Shown one piece after another: positions 24,964 to 31,507 of a DNA stretch of 45,284 nucleotides. Below the pieces are notes generated by a model. It saw nothing but the letters and a program-made list of their open reading frames with translations. It made no database searches and was not told the DNA's origin. Origin of the DNA: Candidatus Nealsonbacteria bacterium. Lineage in GTDB: Bacteria; Patescibacteriota; Minisyncoccia; Minisyncoccales; PWPS01. The DNA is taken from contig PWPS01000001.1 of NCBI GenBank assembly GCA_003557065.1, positions 1 to 45,284 on the forward strand, read 5' to 3'. A program made the position numbers and the translations under genes. Positions within the stretch are counted from its first letter, which is position 1; the number at the start of each line of letters is the position of its first letter.

Positions 24964-26793
24964 ATGTTTAAGAATCTCAGTAAAAACTTAATTTCCTTTT
25001 TAATAATCCTACTGATAATAGTGGGGCTTTTCGGTTTGGCTTCGGAAGATTGGCTTCAACAACCGGAAAAAATTACGACTCGCGAATTGATTGAAAAAAT
25101 AAACGAGGGAAAAGTTGCTGAAATCAGCTTGATCGGAAACGAGGTTTTAATTTCTTTGGAAGATGAAACTTCTTTAACCACCAATAAGGAGGAGGGGATT
25201 TCTTTTGTAGAATTCTTATCTAGGTGGGGAGCTGATGAGGATCAGATTAAAAACTTGTCGGTTTCATATGAAAAAGAAGCTGACTGGAGTTGGCTTACAA
25301 CTCTACTGATAGTATTCTTGCCCATTTTGTTTTTGATAATATTTTTTCAGATAATTTTAAAACAAGCGAAAGGAGGTGCCAGTAATGCTTTGGATTTTTC
25401 AAAAGCCAAGGCGAGAATGTTCGGAGAGGGGGGTATGCCCAAAAAAGAGGTTAATTTTGAAGACGTAGCGGGACTGGAAGAAGCAAAAGAAGAGCTAAAA
25501 GAAATAGTGGAGTTTTTAAGAGATCCCAAAAAATTTAAAGCCGTAGGTGCAAAAATACCTAAAGGAGTCTTGTTAACCGGTCCTCCCGGAACAGGGAAAA
25601 CTTTACTTGCTCAGGCTGTATCGGGAGAGGCAAATGTTCCTTTTTTCGAAGTTTCCGGATCCGAATTTATTGAACTGTTCGTCGGAGTGGGATCGGGAAG
25701 AGTCAGAGATCTTTTTCAGAAAGCAAAAGCAAAACAACCCTGTATAGTATACATTGACGAGCTGGACGCAATAGGAAGAAAGAGGGGAGCTGGCTTGGGG
25801 GGAGGTAATGATGAGAGAGAACAAACTTTAAATCAAATACTGGTAGAATTGGACGGATTCGACAAGGATACGAAAGTTATTGTCTTAGCCAGCACCAATC
25901 GTCCCGATGTTTTGGATCCGGCACTTCTAAGACCGGGGAGATTCGACAGAAAGGTAATCTTGGATTCTCCCGATTTGAAAGCAAGAAAAGAAATATTAGA
26001 AATTCACACACGAGAAAAACCTTTGGGAAAAAACGTCAATCTTCAAGAGGTAGCCGAAAGAACTCCTGGATTTTCCGGAGCAGATTTAGAAAATCTGGCC
26101 AACGAAGCGGCAATTTTAACGGCAAGAAAAAATAAAAAAGAAATTGATCAGAATGAGCTTCTGGAAGCGATAGAAAAGGTTTTGCTCGGACCAGAAAGAA
26201 GAAGTCATATTTTAACCGACGAGGAAAAAGAGATCAGCGCATACCATGAAGCCGGACATGCTCTGGTTTCTCACCTACTGACAAAAACCCACGAAGTAAG
26301 AAAGGTTTCCATAATCTCAAGAGGGCAAGCGGCAGGATATACTCTTAAAATGCCGATGAAAGAGAAAAGCATAATGAGTAAGGCTGAGTTTATGGCCGAA
26401 ATTTCAATTCTATTGGGCGGCTTTACGGCTGAAAAAATTATATATAATGAAACAACCACCGGCGCTTCCAACGACTTGGAAAAAGCTTCAAAATATGCTA
26501 GAAAATTAGTGAAAAAATATGGAATGTCTTCATTGGGCCCAATCTCTTACGGAGGTGAAAGAGAGCACGTTTTCTTGGGAGAAGAAATTTCCGAGGAAAA
26601 AAATTATTCCGAGGAAATTGCAGCGAAAATCGACAGAGAGATATCAAAGATAATAAAGGCAGCGGAAAAAAAGGCCGGCGAGGTTATAAGCAAAAACAAA
26701 GATAAATTGGAAAAGTTGGCGAAGGTCCTGATCGATAAGGAGACAATAGAAAAGGAGGAATTCGAAAAGATAATGGACGGTAGTAAAAATTAG
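24964..26793 (+). CDS. ftsH: ATP-dependent zinc metalloprotease FtsH
   Basis: 609 aa. Two TM helices, AAA+ Walker A GPPGTGKT, Walker B IVYIDELD, SRH, and the zinc motif HEAGH. Confidence 0.95.
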   Translation: MFKNLSKNLISFLIILLIIVGLFGLASEDWLQQPEKITTRELIEKINEGKVAEISLIGNEVLISLEDETSLTTNKEEGISFVEFLSRWGADEDQIKNLSVSYEKEADWSWLTTLLIVFLPILFLIIFFQIILKQAKGGASNALDFSKAKARMFGEGGMPKKEVNFEDVAGLEEAKEELKEIVEFLRDPKKFKAVGAKIPKGVLLTGPPGTGKTLLAQAVSGEANVPFFEVSGSEFIELFVGVGSGRVRDLFQKAKAKQPCIVYIDELDAIGRKRGAGLGGGNDEREQTLNQILVELDGFDKDTKVIVLASTNRPDVLDPALLRPGRFDRKVILDSPDLKARKEILEIHTREKPLGKNVNLQEVAERTPGFSGADLENLANEAAILTARKNKKEIDQNELLEAIEKVLLGPERRSHILTDEEKEISAYHEAGHALVSHLLTKTHEVRKVSIISRGQAAGYTLKMPMKEKSIMSKAEFMAEISILLGGFTAEKIIYNETTTGASNDLEKASKYARKLVKKYGMSSLGPISYGGEREHVFLGEEISEEKNYSEEIAAKIDREISKIIKAAEKKAGEVISKNKDKLEKLAKVLIDKETIEKEEFEKIMDGSKN

Positions 26794-26799
26794 CTTGAA

Positions 26800-26871
26800 G
26801 GGCGGCTAGCTCAAAGGCAGAGCGTCTCCTTGACGTGGAGAAGGTTAGAGGTTCGAGTCCTCTGCCGCCCA
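26800..26871 (+). tRNA. tRNA-Val (anticodon GAC)
   Basis: Acceptor GGGCGGC/GCCGCCC, anticodon stem TCTCC/GGAGA with loop TTGACGT, T-arm AGAGG-TTCGAGT-CCTCT. Confidence 0.9.
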
Positions 26872-26879
26872 CCCTTTAC

Positions 26880-26955
26880 GGGCGTATAGCTCAACGGTTA
26901 GAGCGCTACTCTTATAAAGTAGAGGTTCCAGGTTCGATTCCTGGTACGCCCACCA
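26880..26955 (+). tRNA. tRNA-Ile (anticodon TAT), CCA encoded
   Basis: Acceptor GGGCGTA/TACGCCC, D-stem GCTC/GAGC, perfect anticodon stem CTACT/AGTAG with loop CTTATAA (U33, anticodon TAT, A37), T-arm CCAGG-TTCGATT-CCTGG. Confidence 0.85.
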
Positions 26956-26975
26956 CCTTGAATAACCGTAAGTAA

Positions 26976-27635
26976 ATGAGCCGAATAATATATCAAGACG
27001 ATGAGATCTTAGTAGTAAATAAGCCGTCCGGAGAGATTGTTGAAGTTTTTGCAGAAAAAATAGGAGAAGACATTCCAATCCTAAAAGGCCTTCCTCGTTA
27101 CGGACTGGTTCACAGATTAGATAAAGACACTTCCGGAATTTTGCTTTTTGCCAAGAAAAAGGATATATTGGAAAGCCTTCAGAAACAATTCAAGGAAAGA
27201 AAAGTTACAAAAAAGTACATCGCTTTAATCTGGAGACCAATGAAAGAGGAAGAGGGGGTTATCGAGACTTCCATGAGAAGATCCGGAAGCGACAGAAGAA
27301 AACACCAATCTTATCCACTGCAAGAGAACGGAAGAAGAGCAACAAGTAGATACCGGGTACTTGAAAATTTTGAGAATTATAGTTTAATAGAGGTGTCGCC
27401 CGTTACGGGAAGAAAACATCAGATAAGAAGTCAATTCGCCTATCTGGGTCATCCGTTAGTCGGAGATGAGCTTTACGGCTTTAAAGATCAGGTTGACCCA
27501 TCGGGAATCGAGCGCCATTTTTTACACAGCAATTTATTAGAAATTGAAGTAAATGGCAGAAAGAAGAGATTCATGTCCGAATTACCCGAAAACCTGAAAG
27601 AAATAATAAACACGATAAAATGTCTACAAAGTTAG
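26976..27635 (+). CDS. RluA-family pseudouridine synthase (no S4 domain)
   Basis: 219 aa. ILVVNKPSG, catalytic-Asp motif HRLDKDTSGILLFAK, GRKHQIR. Confidence 0.85.
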   Translation: MSRIIYQDDEILVVNKPSGEIVEVFAEKIGEDIPILKGLPRYGLVHRLDKDTSGILLFAKKKDILESLQKQFKERKVTKKYIALIWRPMKEEEGVIETSMRRSGSDRRKHQSYPLQENGRRATSRYRVLENFENYSLIEVSPVTGRKHQIRSQFAYLGHPLVGDELYGFKDQVDPSGIERHFLHSNLLEIEVNGRKKRFMSELPENLKEIINTIKCLQS

Positions 27636-27970
27636 AAGAATTCAAAAAAAAGCAAAAGAAAGAACTGCCGGAAATAAATCCCGGAGACAGAGTAAAGGTT
27701 TACCAAAAAGTAAAAGCCGGTGATGATGAAAGAGTGCAGGCTTTTGAAGGTTTAGTTATTGCCAGAAAGCATGGCGAAGACACCTCGGCAACAATTACGG
27801 TAAGAAATATAATTGAAAAGGTAGGAGTGGAGAAAATTTTCCCAATACACTCTCCCACGATTGAAAAGATAGAAATTATAAAGAGAGGAAATGCCAGAAA
27901 AGCAAAACTTTATTACGTCAGAGATAAGTCAAGAAAGGCGATCAGACGAAAATTGAGGGCAAAAAATTAA
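27620..27970 (+). CDS. rplS: 50S ribosomal protein L19
   Basis: 116 aa. ..PEINPGDRVKVYQKVKAGDDERVQAFEGLVIARK..ITVRNI..VGVEKIFPIHSP.IEKIEII is a typical bL19. It overlaps the preceding gene by 16 nt. Confidence 0.93.
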   Translation: MSTKLEEFKKKQKKELPEINPGDRVKVYQKVKAGDDERVQAFEGLVIARKHGEDTSATITVRNIIEKVGVEKIFPIHSPTIEKIEIIKRGNARKAKLYYVRDKSRKAIRRKLRAKN

Positions 27971-27979
27971 TAAGGAGAG

Positions 27980-28063
27980 GCCCAGGTGCTGGAATTGGCA
28001 GACAGGCAGCGTTGAGGGCGCTGTGTCCGTTAGGGCGTGTGGGTTCAAGTCCCACCCTGGGCA
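27980..28063 (+). tRNA. tRNA-Leu (anticodon GAG)
   Basis: Acceptor GCCCAGG/CCTGGGC, anticodon stem CAGCG/CGCTG with loop TTGAGGG, long variable arm, T-arm GTGGG-TTCAAGT-CCCAC. Confidence 0.9.
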
Positions 28064-28119
28064 CAAATTTTAATGATATTCAGTTATCGATCGATAGTCA
28101 TTAATTTGAGGGCGGTTAG

Positions 28120-28192
28120 CTCAATTGGCAGAGCATCTCGCTTACATCGAGAGGGTTGCAGGTTCGAGTCCTGCACCGCCCACATCTAATCG
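28120..28192 (+). tRNA. tRNA-Val (anticodon TAC)
   Basis: Acceptor GGGCGGT/ACCGCCC, anticodon stem TCTCG/CGAGA with loop CTTACAT, T-arm GCAGG-TTCGAGT-CCTGC. Confidence 0.9.
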
Positions 28193-28211
28193 TTTTAGAT
28201 AAGAAATTAAA

Positions 28212-28283
28212 GCCGCGGTAGCTCAGGGGTAGAGCACTTCTCTGAAAAAGAAGGGGTCGCCAGTTCAAATCTGGCCCGCGGCA
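28212..28283 (+). tRNA. tRNA-Phe (anticodon GAA)
   Basis: Acceptor GCCGCGG/CCGCGGC, anticodon stem CTTCT/AGAAG with loop CTGAAAA, T-arm GCCAG-TTCAAAT-CTGGC. Confidence 0.9.
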
Positions 28284-28328
28284 CAGGTTTTACACTTTTA
28301 ATTAAACAACCACCGACTAATCTTTGAT

Positions 28329-28400
28329 GCGGGAGTAGTTCAGTGGAAGAACGTCTGCTTGCCATGCAGAAGGCCGTGGGTTCGAATCCCATCTCCCGCT
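28329..28400 (+). tRNA. tRNA-Gly (anticodon GCC)
   Basis: Acceptor GCGGGAG/CTCCCGC, anticodon stem TCTGC/GCAGA with loop TTGCCAT, T-arm GTGGG-TTCGAAT-CCCAT. Confidence 0.9.
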
Positions 28401-28480
28401 CACTTGACACATCAGTAGAATATGTTACAGTTTAGGAGTTACGCTTGTAAGAGGTAACCGATGTGCTACAATCATAAAAG

Positions 28481-29059
28481 ATGTATACGGACGACAATTT
28501 GAAAACGACTTGCTTTACCTTCTTGGCAGCCACGATAGCATCTCTCTCAATTTTAGCCCTAGGGCTTTTTTTGCAAACAAAGGAGTTGGATTATATAACT
28601 CCTCCTTTTGAGGTTGTTGAAAGAATAACAGGAAACGGAGAGGGTTTTATTATCTCCAGAGATGGAACAATAATTAATAATTCCTCTTCCAGGTACTACA
28701 TGCCTCAGATAACCGGTATGGACAACCCTCGCACTGACACTGTTAAAAAAGTTCTTTATGTTGAACTTACGGGCTATTCCAGCACCGTTGATCAAACAAA
28801 CTCCGAACCTTTCATAACCGCATCGGGAAGCTGGGTTCGTCACGGTATAGTTGCCGCAAATTTTCTTGAATTCGGAACCAGAATCAGAATCCCGGAATAT
28901 TTTGGAGATGAAATTTTCACCGTAAAAGACAGAATGAATAGAAGATACAGTCAACCCTCTTCACCGGAATACGACGGATACGTGGATATATGGTTTCCAA
29001 GAAGACAGGATGCCAGAAATTTCGGCAGAGTCAGATCCACAATCGAAATTCTATATTAA
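28481..29059 (+). CDS. Membrane-anchored 3D-domain protein (MltA/RlpA-like double-psi beta-barrel, putative cell-wall glycosidase)
   Basis: 192 aa. N-terminal TM helix. The C-terminus LTGYSSTVDQTNSEPFITASGSWVRHGIVAANFLEFGTRIRIPEYFGDEIFTVKDRMN..YVDIWF resembles the 3D (Asp-Asp-Asp) domain pattern TGY..T..G..TASG..GIVA.. .G..I.I. Confidence 0.7.
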   Translation: MYTDDNLKTTCFTFLAATIASLSILALGLFLQTKELDYITPPFEVVERITGNGEGFIISRDGTIINNSSSRYYMPQITGMDNPRTDTVKKVLYVELTGYSSTVDQTNSEPFITASGSWVRHGIVAANFLEFGTRIRIPEYFGDEIFTVKDRMNRRYSQPSSPEYDGYVDIWFPRRQDARNFGRVRSTIEILY

Positions 29060-29083
29060 CTTTTTTTCCGATAATATCACTTT

Positions 29084-29108
29084 AAAAACCGCTTATAGCG
29101 GTTTTTTT
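29084..29108 (+). terminator. Intrinsic terminator after the 3D-domain gene
   Basis: AAAAACCGCT-tat-AGCGGTTTTT followed by more T. Confidence 0.55.
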
Positions 29109-29170
29109 GTTCTTTTTTCTATGTTACAATTAAGGTGTCGAAATCTCTTGCCAAGTCCAGAAATAATAAA

Positions 29171-29722
29171 ATGGAAACCGATAAAATTTATCACGTATCC
29201 AATTCAAGTATAGAGGGAATGAATATCTTTGATTCGGAAGAAGATTATTCTAAAATAATCGAGGCTATAAGGTATTTTTCCCATGGCGAAAGCCTTCCCA
29301 AACTCTCACAGTTTTCATCTTCAAAAAAAGTAGAGAAATTCGGATTTCCAAAAGCACTGAAGAAAATAACTAAAAAAGACAGAAAGTTGGTTGAAATTCT
29401 TTCTTATTTAATACTCCCTTCTGAATTTCATCTTGTATTAAAACAAAAAAAGAAGGGGGGTATAAGTAAATTCATGAGCGATGTGTCCAACTCCTATTCC
29501 AGATACTACAATAACAGATACGACAGGAGGGGTCCTTTATGGGTCGGTAGATTCAGGAGAGAATTAATAAAAGAAGAAGATTTGAAAAAAAGAATAGAAG
29601 AAATTCACAATCTTCCGGTAAAATCGGCTTTAGTTAGTTCTCCGGGCGAGTGGTTGTGTTCATCATATGGGGAATATTCAAATCCAGAAACTGTGACCGA
29701 TCCGATTTGTAAAAAAGAATAA
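29171..29722 (+). CDS. IS200/REP-associated Y1 (HUH) transposase-like protein (COG1943-like) with degenerate HUH motif
   Basis: METDKIYHVSN.. then ..YLILPSEFHLVLK.. where the family has NHxHLL, then SNSYSRYYNNRYDRRGPLWVGRFR.. and ..IHNLPVKSALVSSPGEWLCSSY. This matches the RayT/TnpA-Y1-like layout. I start it at ATG 29171; the track uses GTG 29135. Confidence 0.65.
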   Translation: METDKIYHVSNSSIEGMNIFDSEEDYSKIIEAIRYFSHGESLPKLSQFSSSKKVEKFGFPKALKKITKKDRKLVEILSYLILPSEFHLVLKQKKKGGISKFMSDVSNSYSRYYNNRYDRRGPLWVGRFRRELIKEEDLKKRIEEIHNLPVKSALVSSPGEWLCSSYGEYSNPETVTDPICKKE

Positions 29723-29770
29723 TTCTCAACTGAACCGGTTTTCAACTAAAGCTTGTTCTTATTATAATTC

Positions 29771-29796
29771 AAAAACCCGGATAACTCCGGGTTTTT
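29771..29796. terminator. Bidirectional hairpin terminator between convergent genes
   Basis: AAAAACCCGGA-taac-TCCGGGTTTTT: a 7-bp GC-rich stem flanked by an A-run and a T-run. It lies between the + gene ending at 29722 and the - gene ending at 29904. Confidence 0.5.
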
Positions 29797-29903
29797 CTAT
29801 TACCTACAAGTTGGAGAAGTTCTCGAAATCTTCTTTCTGTCTTTTTTAATACTTCCCTTATCTATTTAAATGATGATGATATTTTACAGAAGCAAATTCA
29901 CAT

Positions 29904-31157
29904 TTAAAAAGGATCTACCTCCTCCCACTCGGGCACTTCAACTTCAGTCTGAATATTTTTAGTTAAACTACATGATTCCGCATTGAAATCTCCTTTATCA
30001 TCTATCACATCAGCTTCCACTTCCAGAATAATTTGATAAGATCCTTCTTGACTAAATTCATTATCCACCCTCTCGAAAGAACTTTTTTCTCCTTTCAATT
30101 CTTCGAATTTTGCTTCTTCCGGAAATGTCCACCTGAGAGTTATTTCTCCCTGTCTATTTTCCGACTCAAGCCATCCGTAATAATTTGTATCTTCCGCACT
30201 GAAGTTAACCAATTCGTCAACTTTCGGGCTCGAAGGGGTCCAATCAAAATAAATTTGTGGATATCTGATCTTGGTTGTAAATATCTCTTCTTCCCACTCT
30301 GAAGAGATTCCCCTGTCATCAACTACTTGAACCCGAGCTAAATATTCGGTATCAAAATCTAATTCTTGTTCCGGCAATGGATAAGTCGGAGAAAAGGAAC
30401 CACTTTCATCTATTACCTTATGGTCATTGTCAGTCTTTATTACTTCTATATCGTAATATTCTATATTATCTTCTTCATCATACTCAAAAATTAAAGTAAC
30501 CTGAGGATATGATTGATTACAGTAATCTCCTTGCTCTATATCAAAGGATATCTCCGGACGCGACGGATAAAAATCGGTTTCAACCCTATAGTCCGATTGA
30601 TTACATACCCCGGTATTTTCACAATTGAAACTAATCCATCCTACAACATCGGATCCCCACGCCCAACCCAAAATTTGAAATTCACGATTTCCCGTAGGAT
30701 TCTCTTCAAAATTAAGAGTATATTGATCGTTTTCTCCTCCCAATTTTATCCAGCCATCCCATCCGTCATCGGGATCTTCCAGCCCTGCCAAAGCCCTTGC
30801 CCAACCACAAAGCTTTCCCTCTTCACAACCCGCTAAAGTTCCATCAACGTCAACCTTAGCGCTATAATGTGGTGCTTCGGGAAAATTATCCAAATCATTA
30901 AATTTTATCCATCCGATATTCTCGGACCAAGCATATCCGTATAACCCTCCTTCATCGGTAACTCTGACCCCGTAATTGGATTGATCACACACTCCAGTAT
31001 TTTCACAATTGAAACTAATCCATCCGATATTCTCGGACCAAGCATATCCGTACAAAGAAAAAACATCTTCTCCGTAAACATCTTCACTTTCTCCCGTGAA
31101 AAAAACAACTCCGATAATAATTATGATTAGAAAAAGCGGTATTATTTTTTTATTCAT
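29904..31157 (-). CDS. Secreted repeat protein: four Trp-rich GW..GWISFN-type repeats followed by two Ig/FN3/PKD-like beta-sandwich regions
   Basis: 417 aa. Signal/anchor MNKKIIPLFLIIIIIGVVFF. Repeats YGYAWSENIGWISFNCENTGVCDQSNYGV, YGYAWSENIGWIKFND.., GWARA..GWDGWIKLG.., GWAWGSDVVGWISFNCENTGVCNQSDYRV. Later come ..YYDIEVIKTD..YLARVQVVDDRGISSEW.. and ..IYFDWTPSSPKVDELVNFSAED... I recognise no named family. Confidence 0.75.
   Translation of the reverse strand: MNKKIIPLFLIIIIIGVVFFTGESEDVYGEDVFSLYGYAWSENIGWISFNCENTGVCDQSNYGVRVTDEGGLYGYAWSENIGWIKFNDLDNFPEAPHYSAKVDVDGTLAGCEEGKLCGWARALAGLEDPDDGWDGWIKLGGENDQYTLNFEENPTGNREFQILGWAWGSDVVGWISFNCENTGVCNQSDYRVETDFYPSRPEISFDIEQGDYCNQSYPQVTLIFEYDEEDNIEYYDIEVIKTDNDHKVIDESGSFSPTYPLPEQELDFDTEYLARVQVVDDRGISSEWEEEIFTTKIRYPQIYFDWTPSSPKVDELVNFSAEDTNYYGWLESENRQGEITLRWTFPEEAKFEELKGEKSSFERVDNEFSQEGSYQIILEVEADVIDDKGDFNAESCSLTKNIQTEVEVPEWEEVDPF
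30907..31052. repeat. Intragenic direct DNA repeats encoding the GWISFN-type units
   Basis: An identical 35-mer, atccatccgatattctcggaccaagcatatccgta, occurs at 30907-30941 and 31018-31052. A second identical 29-mer, gtattttcacaattgaaactaatccatcc, occurs at 30613-30641 and 30997-31025. Confidence 0.85.
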
Positions 31158-31176
31158 TTTTATTCAACTAAGAAAG

Positions 31177-31194
31177 AAAGCCTCCGGAGGCTTT
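31177..31194. terminator. Perfect 18-nt palindrome (hairpin), likely terminator of the upstream tRNA pair
   Basis: AAAGCCTCCGGAGGCTTT. It lies about 80 nt downstream (minus strand) of tRNA-Leu(TAA) and only about 20 nt upstream of the ATG at 31157. Confidence 0.4.
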
Positions 31195-31272
31195 TCTATT
31201 TAAAGATTAAAGAATGTAAACCATTACTTAAGTCTACAATTCTTTGTTTTTGTTTGTCAATAATAAAACCTG

Positions 31273-31356
31273 TGCCGCGGGTGGGACTCGAACCCACAAG
31301 AGCATACGCCCAGCGGATTTTAAGTCCGCCCTGTATACCAATTCCAGCACCGCGGC
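31273..31356 (-). tRNA. tRNA-Leu (anticodon TAA)
   Basis: Acceptor GCCGCGG/CCGCGGC, anticodon stem GCGGA/TCCGC with loop CTTAAAA, long variable arm, T-arm GTGGG-TTCGAGT-CCCAC. Confidence 0.9.
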
Positions 31357-31364
31357 AAAAGATG

Positions 31365-31437
31365 AGGCCTGGGCGGGATTCGAACCCGCGCATGACGGTT
31401 TTGCAAACCGTTGCCTTAGCCACTTGGCTACCAGGCC
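31365..31437 (-). tRNA. tRNA-Cys (anticodon GCA)
   Basis: Acceptor GGCCTGG/CCAGGCC, discriminator U, anticodon stem ACGGT/ACCGT with loop TTGCAAA, T-arm GCGGG-TTCGAAT-CCCGC. Confidence 0.9.
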
Positions 31438-31507
31438 GATCACCACTTGTCTTCGGTTGAAAAGTCTTAATACAATTTAACCCTCTTCACTTTTTTTTGC
31501 AACTTTC

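Noticed and set aside
26684-27078. ORFs 26684-26872 (-) and 26845-27078 (-).
   Set aside because: They overlap tRNA-Val(GAC) and tRNA-Ile(TAT) and lie antisense to the ftsH end and the rluA-family start.
28207-28410. 67-aa minus-strand ORF.
   Set aside because: It spans tRNA-Phe and tRNA-Gly on the opposite strand.
29084-29796. The two hairpins flanking the Y1-transposase-like gene as IS200/IS605-type element ends, which would imply an intact insertion sequence.
   Set aside because: Each hairpin is followed by a T-run and sits exactly where an intrinsic terminator for the neighbouring gene is expected. The two stems do not share sequence, the HUH motif is degenerate, and I see no second copy in the window. 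I kept it only as a caveat in the corresponding finding.
31196-31480. Four overlapping ORFs (31196-31423, 31234-31446, 31244-31480, 31254-31460).
   Set aside because: All are read-throughs of tRNA-Leu(TAA) and tRNA-Cys(GCA). The same applies to 33018-33221, which covers tRNA-Ser(CGA) and tRNA-Ala.
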